Shown one piece after another: positions 53,014 to 61,516 of a stretch of DNA of 64,000 nucleotides. Source of the stretch: Alphaproteobacteria bacterium (lineage in GTDB: Bacteria > Pseudomonadota > Alphaproteobacteria > UBA828); the NCBI GenBank assembly GCA_965214705.1, contig OZ243972.1, positions 992,001 through 1,056,000 on the forward strand, given 5' to 3'. Under the pieces are notes generated by a model that was not told where the DNA came from, did no database searches, and saw only the letters and a program-made list of their open reading frames with translations. Numbering within the stretch: the stretch's first letter is position 1; every line of letters starts with the position of its first letter. A program made the position numbers and the translations under genes.

Positions 53014-53370
53014 ATGCAGATCGCCATCACGGGCCGGCACGTCAGCGTCAACGAGAGCTTTCGGGACCAGGTTACGCAGCGCCTCGAATCGTCGGCGGGG
53101 AAGTTCTTCTCCACCGCCATCGATGCGCAGGCGGTGTTCGCCAAGGTGGCGCAGATGATCGAGACCGACCTTATGATCCATGTCGGTCACGGCATCAGGT
53201 TCCAGAGTCACGCGTCGGCCGCCGACATGACGGCGAGCTTCAGCATCGCCGCCGAGCGGTTGGAGAAGCGCATGCGGCGACACAAGCGCAAGCTTCGTGA
53301 CCATCACAAGACCCCGCGCAGCGGTAGGGCCGCAGACGTAGGCGAGCCTTCGCCGCAGCCGGCCGACTGA
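53014..53370 (+). CDS. hpf: Ribosome hibernation factor (short, N-terminal domain only)
   Basis: MQI.ITGRHV, D..ASF..A.E.LEKRMRR.KRKL.DH; 118 aa. Confidence 0.85.
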   Translation: MQIAITGRHVSVNESFRDQVTQRLESSAGKFFSTAIDAQAVFAKVAQMIETDLMIHVGHGIRFQSHASAADMTASFSIAAERLEKRMRRHKRKLRDHHKTPRSGRAADVGEPSPQPAD

Positions 53371-53451
53371 GCGGCGCTGCGGCCGGGTGCAGGCCGCCAC
53401 CAACTTCGAGCAAGCGCTGCCTCCAACGGCAATCAACAGAATGGCCGGGAA

Positions 53452-53916
53452 ATGGAGATCGCGGACCTCTTGCCATTGAGCGGCGTCCTGGACGACGTGA
53501 GGGCGGCCAGCAAGAAGCAGGCGCTGCAGGAGCTCGCTGCCATCGCCGCGACCCAGACGGCGCAGGAGGAACGCACCGTTCTCGACCTGCTGCTCGCGCG
53601 CGAGCGTCTGGGCTCGACCGGGGTCGGTGCCGGGGTTGCGATCCCACATGGCAGACTCACCAGCCTCACGCGGCTCTCGGCGGTGTTCGCCCGCCTGCGG
53701 GAGCCCATCGAGTTCGACGCGGTGGACGGGAAGCCGGTGGACCTCATTTTCCTGCTGCTCGCACCGGACTCCGCGGGATCGGATCATCTGAAGGCGTTGG
53801 CGCTGGTCTCGCGCCTGCTGCGCGACCACCGCGTGTGCGCGCGCCTGCGCGGCGCCGACAACGCGGAGGCGCTTTATGCCGTCCTCACCGGCGCGGCCGG
53901 CACGTCGCGGGCGTGA
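53452..53916 (+). CDS. ptsN: PTS EIIA(Ntr)
   Basis: SKKQ.LQEL, RE.LGSTG.G.GVAIPH, F..D.KPVDL.FLLLAP, HLKALA. Confidence 0.93.
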   Translation: MEIADLLPLSGVLDDVRAASKKQALQELAAIAATQTAQEERTVLDLLLARERLGSTGVGAGVAIPHGRLTSLTRLSAVFARLREPIEFDAVDGKPVDLIFLLLAPDSAGSDHLKALALVSRLLRDHRVCARLRGADNAEALYAVLTGAAGTSRA

Positions 53917-53963
53917 GCACCCGGCCGATTGACAGCCGCCCCGCCGGGCCGCACGGTCGCGCC

Positions 53964-54419
53964 ATGGTTCTGGTTCATGCCAGCTGCGTCGCCCTGGAGG
54001 GCAAGGGGGTGCTGCTGCGCGGCGCCCCCGGCGCCGGCAAGTCGGACCTCGCGCTGCGCCTGATCGAGGGCGGGGCGCGGCTCGTGGCGGACGATCAGGT
54101 AGCATTGACGGGCACCGGCGAGAGGCTGTTCGCGGCGCCGCCGGCGCGGATCGCAGGACTGCTCGAAGTGCGCGGGATCGGGATCGTCTCGATGGAATTC
54201 CTGTCCCAATGCCCGGTCCACCTCGTGGTCGATTTGGTCCAGCCCGACAAGGTCGAGCGCAGCCCGGAGGCCGCGACCATCGACCTCTGCGACCATCGAA
54301 TCGCGCACGTGGCACTCGCCCCATTTGAGGCGTCGACGCCGGCGAAGGTCAGGCTCGCGCTCTCGCGCGCCGCTGCTGCCGGGCAGGACGTTCTAGCAAC
54401 GCGCTCGGCCGGAAGATGA
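53964..54419 (+). CDS. hprK: HPr kinase/phosphorylase (short alphaproteobacterial form)
   Basis: VHASCV, G.PGAGKSDLALRL, LVADD, GLLEVRGIG; alternative GTG start at 53913. Confidence 0.88.
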   Translation: MVLVHASCVALEGKGVLLRGAPGAGKSDLALRLIEGGARLVADDQVALTGTGERLFAAPPARIAGLLEVRGIGIVSMEFLSQCPVHLVVDLVQPDKVERSPEAATIDLCDHRIAHVALAPFEASTPAKVRLALSRAAAAGQDVLATRSAGR

Positions 54420-55330
54420 GCGCGGATCCCTCTGGCAGTCGTGCTCTCGTGCTGGTGACGGGAATGTCCGGCGCCGGCAAGTCGACCGCGCTCAAAATCC
54501 TGGAAGACCTCGGCTACGAGGCGATCGACAACCTGCCCCTCTCGCTGCTCTCGGAGCTGGTCCAGGCGCGGGGCGAGAACGGGCGGCCGGGCCCGCTCGC
54601 GCTGGGCATCGATTCGCGGACGAGGGGGTTCGATCCCGGCGACATCGAGCGCTATCTCGAGCCGCTACTTGGCGAGGGCGAGCGTGGTGAGATCGCGCTG
54701 CTCTTTCTCGACTGCGAGACCGGGGTACTGCGCCGGCGCTTCAGCGAGACTCGCCGCCCACACCCACTGGCGCACGACGAACCTGTCGACGAGGGAATTC
54801 GGCGCGAGCGCGCGCTGCTCGGCTGGGTCCGCGACCGGGCGGACCTCACCGTCAACACCAGCCGGCTTTCCGTCCGCGATCTGCGCAGCATCATCGCCGC
54901 ACGCTTTGGGCCCGAGACCGGGCGGGCGCCCGCGATCTTCGTGCTCTCCTTCGCCTACAGCCGCGGTGTGCCGCCGGACGCCGACTTCGTGTTCGATGCC
55001 CGCTTCCTCACCAACCCTCACCATGTGCCGGCGCTTCGGCCGCTGACCGGGCGGGAGCCCGAGGTCGCCCGCCACGTGCGGGATGACCCGGCTTATGGCC
55101 CGTTCTTCGAAGGCATGGTCGCGATGCTCAAGCCGCTGCTACCGGCCTTTGAGCGGGACGGGCGCTCCTACCTCACCATCGCGCTCGGATGCACGGGCGG
55201 GCGGCACCGCTCCGTCGCCGTGGCCGAGCACCTGGCCGAGACGCTCGGCGGCGGGCGCTGGCAGGTCACGGTGCGCCACCGCGATCTCGACACCGAGCCC
55301 GCGGCACCTGCGATGCAAGCCAACGGATGA
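54416..55330 (+). CDS. rapZ: RNase adapter RapZ-like P-loop protein
   Basis: TGMSGAGKST, EDLGY..IDNLP, RRFSETRR.HPL, SF.Y..G.P, D.RFL.NP, GCTGG.HRSV. Confidence 0.92.
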   Translation: MSADPSGSRALVLVTGMSGAGKSTALKILEDLGYEAIDNLPLSLLSELVQARGENGRPGPLALGIDSRTRGFDPGDIERYLEPLLGEGERGEIALLFLDCETGVLRRRFSETRRPHPLAHDEPVDEGIRRERALLGWVRDRADLTVNTSRLSVRDLRSIIAARFGPETGRAPAIFVLSFAYSRGVPPDADFVFDARFLTNPHHVPALRPLTGREPEVARHVRDDPAYGPFFEGMVAMLKPLLPAFERDGRSYLTIALGCTGGRHRSVAVAEHLAETLGGGRWQVTVRHRDLDTEPAAPAMQANG

Positions 55331-55334
55331 CCCG

Positions 55335-55742
55335 ATGATCGGACTCGTTCTTGTCACGCACGGGCAACTCGCCGAGGAGTTCGTTGCGGCGACCGAGCAC
55401 GTCGTCGGGCCGCAATCCCGCACGCGCGCCATTTGCATCGGCCCCGACGACGACATGGAGCAGCGCCGCCAGGACATTCTCGACGCCATCGGCGCGACCG
55501 ATGAGGGCGACGGGGTCATTGTGCTCACCGACATGTTCGGCGGGACGCCCTCGAACCTCGCCATCTCGGTCATGGAGAGCGCGAACGTCGAGGTCATCGC
55601 CGGCGTGAACCTGCCGATGCTGATCAAGCTCGCGAGCGTACGCTCGGGCAGCGATCTGCGGGGTGCCGTGGCCGCGGCGCAGGAGGCCGGGCGCACCTAT
55701 ATCCATGTCGCAGGCAGGCTGCTCGAGGGTGACGAGACATGA
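55335..55742 (+). CDS. PTS EIIA component, mannose-type
   Basis: MIGLVLVTHG, TDMFGGTPSN, G.NLPML. Confidence 0.92.
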   Translation: MIGLVLVTHGQLAEEFVAATEHVVGPQSRTRAICIGPDDDMEQRRQDILDAIGATDEGDGVIVLTDMFGGTPSNLAISVMESANVEVIAGVNLPMLIKLASVRSGSDLRGAVAAAQEAGRTYIHVAGRLLEGDET

Positions 55743-56038
55743 GCGCGGCGGCGACCGAGGCCGGCGACGGGAGCCACCGTCGCACATGCCTGATCGCCAA
55801 CCGGCGAGGGCTGCACGCGCGGGCCGCCGCCAAGTTCGTCAAGACCGCCTCGTGCTTCAATATTGATGTCGCGGTCTCCTGCAACGGCACGCGGGTCTCG
55901 GGCCTGTCGATCCTGGGGCTGATGATGCTGGCGGCGGGGCCGGGTACCGAGATCGAGATCGAGACCGCGGGCAGAGATGCGGCGGTGGCGCTGGCAGCGT
56001 TGGCAAAGCTCGTGGACGGTGGCTTCGATGAAGACTGA
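55739..56038 (+). CDS. ptsH: Phosphocarrier protein HPr/NPr
   Basis: N.RGLHARAAAKFV (His15), SILGLMML (Ser46). Confidence 0.92.
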   Translation: MSAAATEAGDGSHRRTCLIANRRGLHARAAAKFVKTASCFNIDVAVSCNGTRVSGLSILGLMMLAAGPGTEIEIETAGRDAAVALAALAKLVDGGFDED

Positions 56039-57830
56039 AGCAAGCTCCGCTGTCGCGCGCCCGCAGGCCGTTGAGATCGCGGAGCGGCCTGAGCGGCACT
56101 TCAGCGGCCTCGGGGTCTCCGCCGGCATCGCGGTGGGACCCGCGCATGTGGTCGAGCGCGGCCTCATCGACGTGCCGGAGTACCGTATCGAGGACGACGC
56201 GATCGAGACCGAAATCGCGCGTTTTGGCGACGCCGTCACGCTTTCCGCATCGCAGATCCGCAACCTCCAGGCCCAGGCCGAGACTCTGCCGGAGGAGGTG
56301 GCCGGCCAGCTTCGCCACCTGCTCGATGCGCACCTGCTGATGCTGACGGGCTCGCGGCTCGTGCGTGGCGTCGAGGCCCGCATCCGGGACGCCCGCATCA
56401 ACGCCGAGGCGGCAGTCCAGGTACAGCTCTCGGAAATCGCGCAGGCCTTCGCCGTGATGGAGGACCCCTACCTCGCAGGCAAGATCGACGACGTGCGCGA
56501 GGCCAGCGCACGCCTCGTGCGAAACCTGACCCGTGCGGGCTATCAGGCTTTCTCTGGCCTGCCCCCCGGTACCATCGTCATCGCCGAGGAGATCACGCCG
56601 GCCGATACCGCGCTCATGGACCCCGCGCGCATCGGCGGCTTCGCCGCAGCGCTTGGCGGCGCCGAGGGGCATACCGCGATCATGGCACGCTCGCTCGGGT
56701 TGCCGGCAGTGCTCGGGGTGGCGGACCTGGCCGGCGCCGTGCGCTCGGGCGACATCGTGGCGGTGGACGGTGTGCGCGGTGGGCTCGTGGTCAACCCCGA
56801 CGAGACGACGATCGCGCGGCTCGAGCGCCGCCGCCGCGCGCTTGAGCGGCGCGAGCGCCAGCTCGCTCGGCTGCGCGAGGTCGCGGCCATATCGTCCGAC
56901 GGCGCGCGCGTGACCCTGCAATGCAACATCGAGCTGCCAAACGAGCTGCCGCAGGCGCAGGAGGCAGGCGCCGAGGGCATCGGGCTCCTGCGCAGCGAGT
57001 TCCTCTACATGAACCGCGAGGAGCCGCCGAGCGAGGACGAGCAATACGTCGCGCTCAAGGAGATCGTCGCCGGCATGGAGGGAGCGCCGGTGACCGTGCG
57101 CACCCTCGATGTGGGTTCGGACAAGCTCGCCTACTCCCTCGGCGAGCACATCGCGCCGAGCGTCAATCCGGCGCTCGGGCTCCGCGCCATCCGCCTTTCG
57201 CTCAAGACGCCGGCACTGCTGGAGGCGCAGATCGCGGCGATCCTCCGCGCCGGTGCCCACGGGCCCGTGCGCATCCTCGTGCCGATGATCACCTCGGTGG
57301 AAGAGATCAGACATGTGCGGAAGGCCGTGGACAAAATGATCCGCCGGCTGACCCGAAAACGGGTGGCGATCGCCGATGCGCCGCCGCTCGGCATCATGAT
57401 CGAGACGCCGGGCGCGGCGCTCGCGGCCGATGCGCTGGCCAACGCCTGCGACTTTTTCTCGCTCGGTACCAACGACCTCACCATGTACACGCTCGCGATC
57501 GACCGCGGCGACGATCAGGTCGCGCACCTGTACGACCCTCTCCATCCCGCAGTGCTCCGGCTGATCCGCTTCGCCACTGACGCGGCCCGGCGCGCCGAAA
57601 TCCCGGTCAATCTCTGCGGCGAGCTCGCGGGCAACCCGCGTTTCACCGCGATGCTGCTGGGCTTCGGCCTGCGCGATCTCTCCATGGCGCCACCGAACGT
57701 GCCGCGCGTGAAGCAACGCATCCTCACGCTGGATGCCGGCAAGGCGGCAGGCCATGCGGAGGAGCTGCTGAGGCAGACCGAGGCGGGCCGTATCGCGAAG
57801 CTGATCGACGCCTTTCCCAATGGAGAGTGA
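56028..57830 (+). CDS. ptsI: PEP-protein phosphotransferase Enzyme I (no GAF domain)
   Basis: G.G.S.GIA.G, GHTAIMARS (phospho-His), GIGL.RSEF, RTLD.G.DK, NPALG.RAIR, GTNDL, CGE. Confidence 0.92.
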   Translation: MKTEASSAVARPQAVEIAERPERHFSGLGVSAGIAVGPAHVVERGLIDVPEYRIEDDAIETEIARFGDAVTLSASQIRNLQAQAETLPEEVAGQLRHLLDAHLLMLTGSRLVRGVEARIRDARINAEAAVQVQLSEIAQAFAVMEDPYLAGKIDDVREASARLVRNLTRAGYQAFSGLPPGTIVIAEEITPADTALMDPARIGGFAAALGGAEGHTAIMARSLGLPAVLGVADLAGAVRSGDIVAVDGVRGGLVVNPDETTIARLERRRRALERRERQLARLREVAAISSDGARVTLQCNIELPNELPQAQEAGAEGIGLLRSEFLYMNREEPPSEDEQYVALKEIVAGMEGAPVTVRTLDVGSDKLAYSLGEHIAPSVNPALGLRAIRLSLKTPALLEAQIAAILRAGAHGPVRILVPMITSVEEIRHVRKAVDKMIRRLTRKRVAIADAPPLGIMIETPGAALAADALANACDFFSLGTNDLTMYTLAIDRGDDQVAHLYDPLHPAVLRLIRFATDAARRAEIPVNLCGELAGNPRFTAMLLGFGLRDLSMAPPNVPRVKQRILTLDAGKAAGHAEELLRQTEAGRIAKLIDAFPNGE

Positions 57831-57947
57831 AGCCCGTCCAGCGGCGGCCGGCTCGCGCGCTTGCGCCTGTTGTGAGCCCCCGGCGGCGGTGCTAAAAGCC
57901 GCGCCGGCAGCGGCGCGGACGCCGCTCCGGCGAGCAAGGAACCAAGA

Positions 57948-59243
<1,296 letters not shown>

Positions 59244-59289
59244 CGATAGGGCGCCGGGCGCCACGGGGAGCGAGAGCGCGACACCGCGC

Positions 59290-59775
59290 GTGCCGCTGAC
59301 CGTGCGCGCCGATGCGTTGGCGGAGACCGAGCGGCTGGCGCAGCGCCTCGCCCCGCACGCGGCGTCGGGCGACATAATCGGGCTCTGTGGGCCGCTCGGC
59401 AGCGGCAAGACCGCCTTCGCCCGTGCCTTCATCCGCGCTCGGCTCGGCCGCCCTGCGGAGGAGGTGCCGAGCCCCACCTTCACGCTGGTGCAGCTCTACG
59501 AGCACGCGGCCGGCGCGATCTGGCACTTCGACCTCTACCGCCTGAGCGCGCCGGAGGACGCCTACGAGCTCGGCATCGAGGATGCGTTCGCAGCCGCGAT
59601 TTCGCTGATCGAATGGCCGGAGAAGCTGGGCGCCATGATGCCCGCCGACCGGCTGGAGGTGAGGCTCGCGCCGGCAGAGGACGAAGAGTCGCGGCGCATC
59701 GCGATCGCTGCTCACGGGCTGCGTGCCGGGAGGTTGGCCGTGGCGCTTGCCCGAGACCTGGAGCCTGGCGCGTGA
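59290..59775 (+). CDS. tsaE: tRNA threonylcarbamoyladenosine biosynthesis ATPase
   Basis: G.LGSGKT.FAR, VPSPTFTLVQ.Y, H.DLYRL, IEW; start codon uncertain. Confidence 0.92.
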   Translation: MPLTVRADALAETERLAQRLAPHAASGDIIGLCGPLGSGKTAFARAFIRARLGRPAEEVPSPTFTLVQLYEHAAGAIWHFDLYRLSAPEDAYELGIEDAFAAAISLIEWPEKLGAMMPADRLEVRLAPAEDEESRRIAIAAHGLRAGRLAVALARDLEPGA

Positions 59776-60776
59776 GCGAGCGCGAGCGGCAGCGGCGGGC
59801 CTTCGCGGCGCGCGCGGGCTGGGGCGAGGCGGCGCACGCTGTGCTGGCCGGCGACGCCTCGGCACGGAAATACGAACGGCTGTCGCGCGGCGATGCGACG
59901 GCCGTGCTCATGGACGATCCGCCGCCGGGGCATTCCGTCGGCGCCTTCGTGCGGATCGCGCGCCTGCTGCGCGGCATGGGTTACAGCGCGCCGGTAATCC
60001 TTGCCGTTGACGAAGCGCAGGGGTTCGCCTTGCTCGAAGACTTCGGCGACGACAGTTTTGCGGCCCTGCTGGACGGGCCCGATGCTTCCAGCCTGGAACG
60101 CACGCTTTACGAGGCAGCGACCGACTTTCTGATCGATCTCCACCGCCGGCCGGTGCCGCCCGATCTTCCTCGGTACGATCCCGATTGGATGCTGAGCGAT
60201 GCTGCGCTCTTTCTTGAAGCCGCCATCGCCGTCGAGGCGGAAACCGCGATGGCGGCGGAATTCGAAGCGGCGTGGCGAAAGCCGCTGGAAGCCACGGTGC
60301 AAGGGCCGGCCGTGCTTTGCCTGCGCGATTTTCACGCCGGCAACCTGATGTGGTTGCCCGAACGGGGCGATGCGGGTTGCGGCACGAGCGGGCTCGCCCG
60401 GATCGGTTTGCTGGACTTTCAGGATGCGCGCGCTGGACCCCCGGCTTACGACCTGGTCTCGCTGCTGCAGGACGCCCGGCGCGACCTTGGCGCCGGCCTC
60501 GAGGCTGCGATGGTGACGCGTTACCTCGGCGCATCGCCAGGCCTCGACGAAGCGGCGTTCCGCGCGGCCTACGCCATCCTCGGTGCGCAGCGTGCGGTGC
60601 GGATCATCGGCGTCTTTCACCGCTTGGCGCGGCGGGACGGCAAGCCCGCCTACCTCGCCCATTTGCCGCGGGTGTGGCGGCACCTCGAGGCTGACCTCGC
60701 CCATCCGGCGCTCGCCCCGGTGCGAGCCTGGTTCGAGCGCTGGGTCCCGCCCGACGCGCGGAGCTCCGCTCTGTGA
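59772..60776 (+). CDS. amgK: Aminoglycoside phosphotransferase-family anomeric MurNAc/GlcNAc kinase
   Basis: LAGDAS.RKY.R, LEDFGD, RDFH..NL, LDFQDA..GP..YDL.SLL.D; GTG overlaps the tsaE stop. Confidence 0.82.
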   Translation: MSERERQRRAFAARAGWGEAAHAVLAGDASARKYERLSRGDATAVLMDDPPPGHSVGAFVRIARLLRGMGYSAPVILAVDEAQGFALLEDFGDDSFAALLDGPDASSLERTLYEAATDFLIDLHRRPVPPDLPRYDPDWMLSDAALFLEAAIAVEAETAMAAEFEAAWRKPLEATVQGPAVLCLRDFHAGNLMWLPERGDAGCGTSGLARIGLLDFQDARAGPPAYDLVSLLQDARRDLGAGLEAAMVTRYLGASPGLDEAAFRAAYAILGAQRAVRIIGVFHRLARRDGKPAYLAHLPRVWRHLEADLAHPALAPVRAWFERWVPPDARSSAL

Positions 60777-61516
60777 ACGCCCGGCCTACGCGCGCGATGG
60801 TGCTCGCGGCAGGCCTCGGCACGCGCATGGGCGCGATGAGCGAGACGATTCCGAAGCCGTTGGTGCCGGTCGCCAACAAGCCCCTCATCACCCACGCCCT
60901 GGAAAGCCTGGAACAGGCTGGGGTGGCGGAGATCGTGGTCAACACTCATCACCTAGCGGCGCAAATCGAAGCCTTTCTCGACACATATGCGGTGCGTCCC
61001 GGCGCGCCGCGCATCCATATCTCGCGGGAGGCGGAGCGGCTGGAGACCGGCGGCGGAGTCCGCCAGGCACTCCCGTGCCTCGGCGACGACGCGTTCTATG
61101 TCTTGAACAGCGATGTCGTCGTCGTGGAGCGAGACGCGCCGGCGCTCGCGCGCCTCGCCGAGACGTGGGATGAGCAGACGATGGATGCGTTGCTCCTCCT
61201 CTGCCCGCTGGCGCGTGCGGCGGGCTACGAAGGCGCTGGCGACTTCTTCTGTCATGAGGACGGGCGGCTCAGCCGGCGCGGCAGGGCGCAGACCGCGCCC
61301 TTCGTCTTCACCGGCACGCAGCTCCTGCACCCACGGCTCTTCGCAGACGCGCCGGCGGGCGCCTACTCGCTCAACCACCACTATGACGAGGCGCTCCTCG
61401 CCGGCCGTCTGTTCGGGCTGATGCATGGCGGGCACATGCTCCACGTCGGCTCGCCGGAAGGGCTTGAAGCCGCCGAGCGCTATCTCGCGGGCGACCCGGG
61501 CGGAGGAGCCGGATGA
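60773..61516 (+). CDS. murU: Nucleotidyltransferase (MurU-like)
   Basis: AMVLAAGLGTRM, PKPLV, VN.HH, LETGGG, NSD. Confidence 0.82.
   Translation: MNARPTRAMVLAAGLGTRMGAMSETIPKPLVPVANKPLITHALESLEQAGVAEIVVNTHHLAAQIEAFLDTYAVRPGAPRIHISREAERLETGGGVRQALPCLGDDAFYVLNSDVVVVERDAPALARLAETWDEQTMDALLLLCPLARAAGYEGAGDFFCHEDGRLSRRGRAQTAPFVFTGTQLLHPRLFADAPAGAYSLNHHYDEALLAGRLFGLMHGGHMLHVGSPEGLEAAERYLAGDPGGGAG

Noticed and set aside
57831-57947. SAH or SAM-SAH riboswitch upstream of ahcY
   Set aside because: I could not match the consensus elements by eye and saw only GC-rich hairpins and a weak promoter-like motif. An Infernal/Rfam scan would be decisive.
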